Assembly (NCBI RefSeq): GCF_004010195.1 | Contig: NC_057755.1 | Coordinates: forward strand, 4,177,462-4,241,461 | Direction of reading: 5' to 3' | DNA length: 64,000 bases | From: Chiloscyllium plagiosum | Taxonomy: Eukaryota | The notes under the pieces: model-generated | What the model was told of the DNA's origin: nothing | Databases searched by the model: none | Seen by the model: only the letters and a program-made list of their open reading frames with translations | In this document: positions 53,566 through 64,000 of the stretch, one piece after another | Layout of the letters: each line of letters begins with the position of its first letter | Numbering within the stretch: position 1 is the first letter of the stretch | Made by a program: the position numbers and the translations under genes

Positions 53566-54529
53566 TTTTTGTGCCATGTTTCATTTCAGCTCAGACAGGT
53601 CGTTAACAGCGGTGTAAGAGTTAAATTTCTTTCACTATTCGGCCGGCCAGATGTGAACATTTTAAGAGCGTTTGGTTTTCCTCTCATTCAAGTCGTGTCT
53701 GACATGACCCCTCCCTGTTTATGTTCCAGTCCAGCTCAAAAGCATCGCTGTTAACAAGGGTTGTTTCTGGGGGACTATGGGGGTCGTGGGTGGTGGTGGG
53801 GAGACATTGACTGAGGTTAGCGTTGCTTTTGTACTTAGGACAGTGGTTTCCGAAAATTGCTGAACTACGAGGAGAGTGTTGAACTCTGAATCTCCCGAAC
53901 TTCGTTCATTTCCTGGTTTAAAAAGAAGCTCCAATCTTTGGATCTTCAGCAGTTTTTCGAGGCTGGTGGCCTCAACAGTTTTAATACAGGCAGTTAACTA
54001 TTACAGAGATAGGAGCCCCCCCACCCCCCCCACCCCCGATATTTGTGGCTATTACTGGGGCAGTTGACCCCGATATTTAATACAGGTGGTTGATGTTAAT
54101 TTACAGTGTATTGACTAAGATTTATCTGCTTATAATAGATAGAAAGGAGGCCTGGATCTTAATAATAAGTTAATAACTAATAATAATAATACCTTAAAAA
54201 ATCAATACTGAAGTTGATTAATAAAAGAAAATATTGCAGTATTTTATAAATAAAGGTTAATTTAGTTTTTAAAAAGAGTTTGCGAAATAAATTAACGTTT
54301 GTGGAATCCTGATTGGTGAGTTATTTTTTAATCAGTTGCTATAAAACTGAAGTAATTTTAAAATGGGTAATTGCATAGACAGAACAGATGATCCATCCCC
54401 ATCGTTAGTGACATTATGTGAAAAAGCTCGAGATCCATGACTGTTTTGAATCTGATTTGCATTTTGAAAATTTAACATGATTTATTTTAATGTTAAGGAT
54501 CCTTCAGTGATTCTGAAATAAAATATTAT

Positions 54530-54980
54530 CTCCTGTTCAGTTTACAGGTCATAACTGTCCTTACCCCACGTCACCCCAGCTGCAGCTTCCAGCTCAGCAA
54601 CGCTCTCATGACCTATCCTATCTGCCGATCTTCCATTCCACCTATCAACTCCACCCTCCTCTCTGACCTACCACCTTCATCCCCACCCCCATTCACCCAT
54701 TGTACTCTTTGCTACCTTTTCCCAACATCATTTCTGACCATCCCCATCCCCATTTACCATCTTCCATCCCCACCCTCATTCACCTGAAGTCCTCTATCCT
54801 ACTCTCTCTCCACCCCCACCCCCCTCTCATTTATCTCTCCACCCTGCAGGCACCCTGCCTCTATTCCTGACGAAGGGCTTTTGCCCGAAACAATGATTTT
54901 CCGGCTCCTTGGGTGCTGCCTGACCTGCTGTGCTTTAATCTCGACTCTGGTTTCCAGCATCTGCAGTGCTTGTTTTTACC
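54530..54980 (+). mobile_element. Penelope-derived repeat inserted in the ERV
   Basis: C-rich tract followed by ATTCCTGACGAAGGGCTTTTGCCCGAAA...GCTGCCTGACCTGCTGTG, seen repeatedly in the window. Confidence 0.55.
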
Positions 54981-56056
54981 ATGGCTGCCCTACTGTCAGT
55001 TTCTAACAAATACCTTTTATTCTTACGAGAAAGTCAACCTTATTCGATTTCAAATCAGTTTAATAAGCAGCAACCTTTTTTGTTTCAGACTCGCTTGTTT
55101 CCACTTAATATTAAGTCTGCTGTGTTTAATTGGTGATCACTGATAAGCACAGTTGTAGTCTTATTGAGGGAGTCTCCTCCCTCAATGACTATTGAAGTTT
55201 CAGTTCAATATTGGATTGCGATAAATCATCTAACAAAATTAGAACCCGATGGTTAATATCTGTGTCTTTGGATTCAGCCATTATTCATGCACTAGAAGTT
55301 TGCTTTTTCATTTGAACAGACAAAACCTTTTGAGGCAGCTTCCGTTATTTCACGACCTTTAGCATTGTAAATGTGCAATGACTGGTCAAGACCAATCTTG
55401 GACTTTTAGGGTAATTATAGTGGATTTCAATGTTGGGAACCGTGTACATTTTACGTTTTAAATATTAAATGATGAACAAATGAATTTGCAATTTATATTG
55501 ATGACTGAAAGAAAATAACATGCGGCATGTTACTTAGATACATAGTGTAAAAATAATGACCAGAGATATATTACCACAGAGGAGATCTGCTCTCAAAACA
55601 AGAAAAGAGAACTAACCACTGTTGATCCTCCAATGTCCACAAAAAGAAATGAAAACTTGTTTTCCAGGCTCTTCTTCAGCTGGATCCCCACTCAATAATG
55701 GGCAAAGTGTGCTTGGTAACACTCCACTCAATATCCACACTAAATTCTATCCACATCATTAGCAGTCTCTAAAAATGTAAAAGGACTACTGACTGACTTA
55801 AGCAGTCACCGCTGTCACCCAGAATTCCACCCTTTGGACAATAGGGACAGCCAAACACATCAAGGAATAGGTGTTAAATCAATCGCTATTTCATTTGTAG
55901 CATCACTGCCCCATTGCCATGGAGTAAGCAGGCTCAATAATTTCGCAGCCATGTGATACAGTGACCAGGATGATTGAAAGAGACAAATCACCTATTTTGT
56001 TATTCTCCTCTTGCAAATTTTGATTCGCTGAAAATTCAAGTCCGAAGAGTAACTTT

Positions 56057-56378
56057 CAGATTATTTATTATTATTTTTTAATTAGATTACATTGCAGTGT
56101 GGAAACAGGCCCTTCGGCCCAATAAGTCCACACCGACCCGCCGAAGTGCAACCCACCTACATTTACACCTTACCTAACACTACGGGCAATTTCGCATGGC
56201 CAATTCACATTTCCTGCACATCTTTGGACTGTGGGAGGAAACTGGAGCACACGTAGGAAACCTGCGCAGACTCGGGGAGAACGTGCAAACTCCACACAGT
56301 CAGTCGCCTGATGCGGTATTTGAACCTGGGTCTCTGGCGCTGTGAGGCAGGAGTGCTAACCACTGTGCCACCGTGCCG
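56057..56378 (-). mobile_element. Full-length HE1-type V-SINE inserted in the ERV
   Basis: Reverse complement of 32962-33280. Confidence 0.92.
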
Positions 56379-56749
56379 CCCACTAATGACAATTATGACA
56401 ATCAAGATTCCAAAATGTATAGTTAGCAACAGGCTTTAAAGTTAGACAAACATAAATTGTTAAATTGGTTAAATAAGGTTAAAATTAAATTAGAGCCGAG
56501 GAGATCAACAACAGAAGGGAACGGAATGATGCAATAACAAGGATAAAACAAGGATAAAGCAGTAGAATACAGATTTTAAAAATGTTTTAGTTAGATTCCC
56601 ACACTGAATTACAGATAATGATTCATTTATTCATTACTTTATTATGATACTTTATACTATTTATAATAATCAGTTGTATTCGCCCCAATCAAATTTCATT
56701 GGCAGGGTCGCTTGTTTTAATTCCATTGCACATTGTCAGTGACCTGTCT

Positions 56750-57135
56750 TATTGCCTCATGGCTAACTTAAAACATGGCTGCATTAATTTATTGTTAATT
56801 AAACAATGGAAAGATAACTTACTGTCCAGTTGAAGACATTCTGTATGTGATTGGGGGATTGAACCATGATGCAAGTTACAGGTAAACCAAATTATATCCA
56901 GCGCCCTCACGATCCCAAAAGCCATATGCCAGTCCTGATATGGTTGATTGGAACCAGGATAGCCAATGGGGGCGGAACCTACTTCATGCACCAACCCGAC
57001 GACCACTGCTGGACAACCTTTTCCCGAAAATGGGGACAGGCAATTCCCAGAACTTCACCTTTGAGACGAGGAACAAGAAAGCAAAATCTCCCAGGGACAT
57101 ACGCCTGGCCCTTGCTTTAACTGTTGAAATGTGAC
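56750..57135 (+). pseudogene. gag: ERV gag C-terminal remnant with truncated zinc knuckle
   Basis: GPCFNC*NV at 57107-57133 is the first half of CX2CX4HX4C. Confidence 0.6.
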
Positions 57136-57164
57136 CAAGGCGGAGTAATAAGTTTTTAATGGTA

Positions 57165-57440
57165 GCTCGGAACTGATGTTGGGAATCGGCATGCTTTCAT
57201 CCTATCAAAAGGAAAATCTACAAATATACACTGACTCTTCATTGTGTTTTTAAAATGATCCACGATGTTGGAGTTTTGTGGGAACATTGAAGATTTGTAA
57301 CCACCCAAGGGGGCAGTGTTATAGTAATGCTATTTTGTCCAATCAATCTGACGCTTTTCAAGATGTTTAGCTCATGCCAATAAAGCTGATACTGTTTCTA
57401 AAGTAGTGGGTAAGTATATGCAGCTGCCAAGTAGGCCGGC
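57165..57440 (+). pseudogene. pol: ERV pol RNase H remnant
   Basis: With frameshifts: AC..LSKGKSTN / IYTDS / HCVFKMIHDVGVLWEH*RFVTTQG ... AHANK...AAK, matching the class I motif NIYTDS.YAFGVVHDFGALW..RGFLT..G. Confidence 0.82.
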
Positions 57441-58673
57441 TTTCACAGCAAACTTCTGAGCCCATTGGGTCCCCCAGCAAAACCCGGTTAGACACAGAAT
57501 AAGGACGGGTATGCCAGCTCTGGGTAAGGTACAGAAATCACCGGGGAATGAGACTATCTGTTCAGTGCCAATTCACAATGTAAAGGTTGATATATCTATT
57601 GCTTACTCACTGTAAAAAAGTTTACTGTTTGAATCATTTTCCATATTGTTTAGAAATTTGGAAGTAATTTTCAAATGACCATTTCTGAAATGATACAGGC
57701 ACTTTATATTAAAATATACTACTGACTGAATTATCAAGTGATTTGAGTTCATACATAGACACTAAGACTAAATGTCGTTGCTTTGTGTTTGCAGCTTATC
57801 TGAATGCACACTAGTTGATTTGATTTATCTTTGGACGGGGCTGTTAGATGTAAGGAGGAATGTCCGGCTGAACTATTACCTTCAATTAGATATTTGATAC
57901 TGAACAGTGATGGTTTATAATTTTAAGACTGTGCCAATGTCCAAATTCAAGGTTCGCTCAATATTAGAAAATGTCAGTGTGGTTTGAAAGCTTTGTGTCA
58001 TGTTACTATAATTTGGGGACAGCATTGCCCACCAGCTACTCATCGCCAACTTTTCTGCTCAAAATGACCATCTGGTTGCTACACTGAATTCTAAATACTG
58101 TTAACTACAGCTGTAGGTCGGGCCATTCGATTGGGCACGAAGTTGACGTATGATTTTAAAGAGAATACAATATATTGCGGAACTAATCTAAATTTTAGGT
58201 AAAATTGATGTTTTTCGCAGCAAACCTTCGAAGACTATTACCTCTTAGCAAAGCTGGCTTTATAAAAATAGGATTGTTTAATTCGCCCATGCCAGGGCTC
58301 CTCCATATAAAGTAAGAAAATAATGGATAGGAAGGGAATCTCTGGTGCAAAGTTTAAAAATAATGAGCCTTTTGCCAGTGTGAGCGATATATTTACTCAA
58401 GTGGGCTACATGAGTTTGATTAAATTGAGAATTATTTATTTCAAAATTGCTCTTAAGACTTCTAGCCTGCTGATGGGCACACATTATGGCCTCAAATAGG
58501 GTACTCCCACGATATTCAAACCAGAATATAGGTGAGTCCTACTACATGAGTTTGTGTTACTGCTTTGCTGCTGCATATTTTAATTGAGGATGTGTATATT
58601 GTATACACTTATATACAAGGAGGGAATGGTTTATACTTTATTACAATGGACACTCCACGGCCTCATACCCTGA

Positions 58674-58775
58674 TGGGAAGGACCCTTCCAGGTCGTCCTC
58701 ACCACCCCAACTGTTGCTTAGGTCGCAGAACGTTCTGGCTGAGTCCATCTCCATCATTGCAAGGTCATCAGAAAA
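58674..58775 (+). pseudogene. pol: ERV integrase C-terminal domain remnant
   Basis: WEGPFQVVLTTPTVA*VAERSG*VHLHHCK matches the WxGPyxVllTTPTAvkv...WiHxshcK motif. Confidence 0.88.
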
Positions 58776-58779
58776 GCCA

Positions 58780-60617
58780 CTTGCACGCGGGATGGAAGAG
58801 GAGAGATAATATAGATCGAACTTGCCCGGCTGTGTGGACTTGCCATTGCCAGCTTTGGAGCACAAGAAGGGACAGTTTACCTGTGCGATCCAGAGCAACC
58901 AGAGACTGTGTATCATCTCTGCCAGGAAGATGTCCTTGTGTGCCAAGAGACTGAATGTTACCAAGAATGAGTAATGCAGTGGTCAACTGCATCAAAAAGA
59001 TTGAACAGTTCATTTACAGAACAAATCTAAATGGTCTTTACCCTGTAAAGGTGTTGTGTGCCAGTTAAATTTCATTTGTACTATGGGCATCCCTGGTCAG
59101 CCATGTCCCCTTTTAGATAGATCATGCAGTAAAAGAGGAAAGGTGGGATGCGATCTTTCACTAACAATTTGTTTCTCGAAACCCATAATAACTTATTTGG
59201 AGAGGTTGAAGTTACGCCTTTACTTCAGCAATAGACTCCCTGACCTCTTTTCTCCTTCTAAATCCTATCATGGGGGTATCGAATAGTTCTAAAGTATTTA
59301 CAGGATTATGGACATCCTCCAATAAATCCGCAATATCCTATCCAAATTGCTACAACAGTAACGGATGGGGGTGCACGGATTGGAGTGTACTTATGTAAAA
59401 TTGCCTACAATTATCCCCTGTGCTATGCCTAAATGTATCAGTTGTCACTGTTTCCCGGAAGGACCACACATTCCTTCAGGAGGAATGTGTCTCTATTACC
59501 TCTGGTATTCAAATTCTTTGTGGGGTATTTTACCACCACCAACTTCATTATGATACACCTAATTGCACTAATATTTTCCCCGTTATTGGATGGGTAGAAC
59601 CATTCTGCGATGTCGATCACGTTTCTTATCAAGAGACCCACCTCATTCGACTGAATGATTTCCAGCCTTTTTGTTCGGAACCAAACTATATAATCAAGGA
59701 TTACCCAGGTACCTCAGGAAGTCACAAAGATAGGCCCGCTTCTTATTGGGAAGGTCACTCCATTATCTATACTTAACCTGGATATTATTATTCAGTTATA
59801 GTGAGGCATCTTGTCCTGAATACAGCAAGTACTCCACGTGTTGTAGCTGTCGAAGCATTATTTCCAACTCCTGTTCCCTGTCCAATTACCTGGCACCGAG
59901 ATTCAAATTCCCGTGTCAAACTTTCAGTTTCTCCTGAGTTTTGTGCAGAATGGAAGGATCCAAAGTTTCTATCAAATAGTAAAACTCACTCATTAACATA
60001 TGCAGCACTTAGTGTTCTTTCCGTTAGAGGGTCTTCAGGAGTTATTAGTCATCAAAACATTTGTGGACGCACAATCTCATGAAATGAGACAATTGCTTCC
60101 TAATCGAGGTAAGGGTCGTGCTTTCAGAATTGTGCCTATTTACCCAACAAAACCGCGATGCTCTCGATTACATTATTGTGAATGAAGATGGCATTTGCAT
60201 CATAGTCAAAGGAAAGTGCATCATGGGGGTCACTAACTTTATCGAAAACATTACTGGACAAATAGATATCATCCGCACTTCTGTCAACCAAATGAATGAA
60301 GGTGCAGGGTGGGGAGATTGGGGTTTTGGTTTATGGTACAAAGGGCTTATCAATATGGCTATGTATGCTGCTATTGTTCATTTGGTCATTTTGTTAGTAT
60401 TGCTATTGATCAGTGTATTATTGCTAAAATATTAATTTATATTGACAACATTGGTTTCACCCAGAAAATACTAATTCTCCACTTTGATGATGATGATGCG
60501 GAAGCATCATCGCCGGTCCCTGATTCCTCTTCAGAGGAAGAGAAAGGATTGCAGTCTTTCGCTGCCATAGAATTGGATGAATTTGGTCCATGCCTTTATG
60601 GTGTAGTCATTGAATGA
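58780..60617 (+). pseudogene. env: ERV env pseudogene with filovirus-GP2-like TM subunit (TM from ~59924)
   Basis: Decayed furin site RVKL at 59912-59923, Cys pair at 59942/60062, NET, ISD-like QQNRDALDYII, CX6C, NIT, Trp-rich membrane-proximal segment, TM helix and acidic tail. Confidence 0.9.
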
Positions 60618-60624
60618 TCAACGC

Positions 60625-60636
60625 AGGGAAGGAGGA
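60625..60636 (+). promoter_or_regulatory. Polypurine tract
   Basis: AGGGAAGGAGGA between the env stop and the LTR. Confidence 0.75.
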
Positions 60637-60638
60637 TC

Positions 60639-61301
60639 TATAATTTGAATTTAGCTGTTGTCAGATGCAACAAGTATATGTAGATTTTTATTAACTACGA
60701 AATAGCTTTTCAATTTAAAATAACACAACATAATGGCTAAAAGTAAGAACTTGACTCTGTGAACTTGTGCTGCTGCTTTGTTGAGTTAATCTAAATAGAA
60801 GATAAGTGATTATAATGGATTTTCATAATATGAATTATAAGACAGTGATTTCGTATTTGAGGTAAACTTGAACTAGTAAACATGCGTACAACAATCTATT
60901 TCCCTTGAAATGTCATTGGATTAGCCTGTCGTCAATCATGTCACTATATTACAGTCGATTGGACTTTTCTGCTAATTAAGATACTTTTCCCAGGAAATAT
61001 CATTGGATTAACCTCCTGTAAATGATGTCACCTTATTAGATATGATTGGTCTTTTCTTGTAATTCAGGCTGTACTATCTATAAAAAACATAAGTAATAAG
61101 TAATTGTCAAATGTATTTGCACTATTTCTCTACGGAGCACAGAAACGTTTAACCTCCGTGTTGCTTGGCAAATCTACCCCAGTCTACCTCTATTTATTAA
61201 TTTATTAAACGTGTAACCTTGCTTTAAACAGATTGTACTCCGAATCATTCTTTTGACGAGTCCTAAAACCAAGAGGGCCTGCAACGGGGTATAAATCTTC
61301 A
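60639..61301 (+). mobile_element. ERV 3' LTR
   Basis: Follows the PPT. Contains tandem ATTGG-containing units, TATAAAA at ~61079 and ATTAAA at ~61204. Ends TTCA before CR1 sequence. Confidence 0.82.
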
Positions 61302-62700
61302 CTCCAACAGGACCTCCCTATTCTTATGTCTCGAATGGTAAAGGCACATATCCTATACGCCTTCTGAACGACCCTATTAACCTGTCCTGCTACCTTTAGA
61401 GATCTGTTAACAAGCTCCTCAAGATCTTTTGGTTCCTTTGCCCTACCTAGTGTCGTATTATTCATTGAGTACTGCCTTCTTTTGAAGCTTCTAGTAACCG
61501 GTATCACCTACAGGTTTATCAGGGTTACATTCCACCTGTCATTGATCTGCCCATTCACCAACCTTTCTATTTCTGATTGTCACCGAAGAATATTTTTCTC
61601 ACTGTCAAACATCCGATCAATATTTGTGACATGGCAAACATATTTATCATCCCCACACACACTCAGCCCCTACAGCACACACATTCACAACACACAAGCA
61701 TACTCTGACACACACAAACACGAACACACAGACTCACTCACATACAGACACAACAGACACACACACACATGTGCACACGTGTGCATGCACAAAAAGGCAC
61801 ATTCTTCATTATCATTTATGAATATCACCAACAGTAAGGGACCCAACATTCATCCGAGTAGTACACCACTTCATCTGATCACCAGCCTTCAATTACACAT
61901 CCAGCTTTCTATCAACACCCTCTGCCTCCTCTGACAGAGCAAATTTTGGAACCAAATTGCTAATTAATTGTGGATGCAACGTGCTTTTACCTTAGTTATC
62001 AATCTCCCATGTGCTGCCTTGTCAAAGGCCTTGGTGAAAGCCATACACACTGCATCAGTTGCCCTACTCTCATCGACAGACACGGTCAACTACACGAAAA
62101 GTCCCATCAAGTTTGTGAGCGGCACGGTGGCACAGTGCTTAGCACTGCTGCCTCACAGCACCAGAGACCCGGGTTCAATTCCCAACTCAGGCGACTGACT
62201 GTGTGGAATTTGCACATTCTCCCCGTGTTTCCTCTGGGTGCTCCGGTTTCCTCCCAGAGTCCAAATATGTAAAGGTCAGGTGAATTGGCCATGCTAAATT
62301 GCCTGTTGTGTTAGGTTAATGAATGGGAATGGGTGGGTTACGCTTCGGCGGGTCGGTGTGGACTTGTTGTAAATACTGTAAATAATCTCATCTAATCTCT
62401 GTAACAAAGCCGCAGTGACTGATCTAGCCTTGCCACTCAAAATGGAGATCAATTCTCTCCTTCAGAATTTTCTCTAATAGTTTCCCGTGCACTGCGAATC
62501 ACTGACGTGTAATTCCAGGTCAATCTCCACCACACTTCTTGAAAAGTGGAAACACATCAGCTGTGCTGAAGTCCTCTGATTCATCGGGTAGCTGAAGAGG
62601 AATTAAAAATTTGATCACAGTACTTGTAATTTCCACGATCATCGCCTTGGTTACAGCTCCCGCAGACCTCAGGACTTGTCCACTTTTGGACTCGCCAAAA
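61302..62700 (-). mobile_element. CR1 LINE relic into which the ERV integrated (mirror at ~47450-48567, + strand)
   Basis: Minus strand SKSGQVLRSAG...ADVFPLFKK and SLKVAGQVNRVVQKAY. Confidence 0.8.
62119..62397 (+). mobile_element. HE1-type V-SINE present only in the right arm
   Basis: tRNA head and V-domain; the homologous site at ~47755-47770 is empty. Confidence 0.88.
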
Positions 62701-62714
62701 CTACTGTATAGAAT

Positions 62715-62925
62715 AGAATCCTTACAGTGTAGAAACAGGCCCTTCGGCCCAACAAGTCCATGCCGACCCTCCGAAGGGCAACCCATACTGGCCCAATACT
62801 CTCCATCTAGCCGCAACGAATGCACCCAACCTAGTCTTACCCGAACATGATGGGCACTTTAGCTTGGTCAATTCATCTAACCTGCACATCTTTGGATTGT
62901 GGGAGGAAACCAGAGCACCTGGAGG
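62715..62925 (-). mobile_element. Older HE1-type SINE 3' part shared by both arms (mirror ~47220-47440)
   Basis: GAAACAGGCCCTTCGGCCC...CCTGCACATCTTTGGATTGTGGGAGGAAACC. Confidence 0.75.
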
Positions 62926-64000
62926 ATCAAGACATTCCAACGTCCTTTAAAGCTAAGTGAGAGAAAGAATTCTTAATAAAACACTCATAATGTTGATGCA
63001 TGAGGCATTTTACACACACACATTCAAGCACATGCATGACACATATGCCTCTCACACGTAAATTATTCTTCTACCTTTCTGCTGAATACATTACTTTGTA
63101 CAGGAAAACAGTTCCCTCGGCTTATCAATGATTCCTTCAGGCTTCCCACTGAAAAAATACACGAACCCATCTCAATCAGAGGCAACCTAAATGGTTTCAC
63201 AATTGTTCACAGTCAATCCAATTAAATAAATTTTCAGCCCCATTATGTCTACATTCCCATTTGGTAGAAATCAAATAATGAGAAATTAATATTACACACA
63301 ATGTTAAATAACAAAACAGAAAACCTTTATTTTGTTTATTGGAACAAAAGTATCACGTTTGGGTTCGAAATATTCAGATACTTCCAAAGTATTATGATGG
63401 ACTCAGGTCATCTTATCATGGTTAAAGTGGCGCTGGAAGAGCACAGCAGGACAGGCAGTATCCGAGGAGCAGAAAAATCGAAGTTTCGGGCAATAGCCCT
63501 TCGTCCTGATGAAGTGCTTTTGCCCGAAACATCGATTTTTCTGCTCCTCAGATGCTGCCTGACCTGCTGTGCTTTTCCATCACCACTCTAATCTTGACTC
63601 TAATCTCCAAAATCCGCATCACCACCTCTGACAAGTTTTATCATGATGGCTTCCGGAACTTCAGTTTAATGTGTGATTGGAATTTTGCCTCTAATACTAT
63701 TATTGTCAATTGTTGTAAAAAAAACCCATTGTTTCACTCATGTCCTTTTGGGGAAAGAAAACTACTGTCTGTACCTGGTGTGGTCTACATGTGACTGGTC
63801 TGTTTGTTGGAGGCCAGCCATTTAAACTCCAGGACTTCACTGCTAGCGTTCCTCAAGAATGTGTCTGAGGCCTAATTGTGTTTCGTGACTGACTAACTGC
63901 CACTCCCTCAATCATAACGTCATAAATCAGAATCCGTTAACACAATGACTTGTGATGTAGAGAAGCAAGGTAATCTTTAGGTTCAACTTGCCAACTGCCG

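Larger units (their letters stand above)
53110..61301 (+). mobile_element. Degenerate, internally deleted class I (gamma/epsilon-like) endogenous retrovirus
   Basis: Two homologous LTRs, gag NC, RNase H, IN C-terminus, env and PPT occur in the correct order. The 3' end abuts a CR1 relic. Confidence 0.88.

Noticed and set aside
53566..53585. tRNA-His-like PBS (TTGTGCCATG versus TGGTGCCGTG)
   Set aside because: The position is right but the match is too degenerate to assign a primer tRNA.
58780..60617. Domesticated syncytin-like env, or an endogenous filovirus gene
   Set aside because: Both copies have many stops and frameshifts, and the context is retroviral (IN, PPT, LTR) with no filovirus NP, VP35 or L sequence.

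Overview
Repeat-rich vertebrate genomic DNA, most likely from a shark or other elasmobranch (HE1-type V-SINEs, CR1/RTE/Tx1 LINE relics, a GPR139/142-like receptor pseudogene), with four assembly gaps. Main contents: (1) A decayed class I (gamma/epsilon-like) endogenous retrovirus, ~53110-61301 (+). It keeps both LTRs, a PPT and gag zinc-knuckle, RNase H and integrase C-terminal remnants. Its env transmembrane subunit aligns without gaps to the filovirus GP2 ectodomain (internal Cys-bounded fusion loop, NET and NIT sequons). No protease, RT or integrase core is recognisable, and unexplained AT-rich sequence lies inside gag and between RNase H and the integrase C-terminus. (2) A second, inverted copy of its env, 3' LTR and flank, ~46206-50950. 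(3) An intact beta-defensin-like terminal exon, 52192-52325, that the ORF track misses. (4) A >=4.6 kb 19-bp satellite inside one arm of an older inverted duplication. (5) Three tandem duplications. (6) Two SCAN-domain Gypsy (Gmr1-like) relics. All alignments were made by eye and boundaries are approximate.
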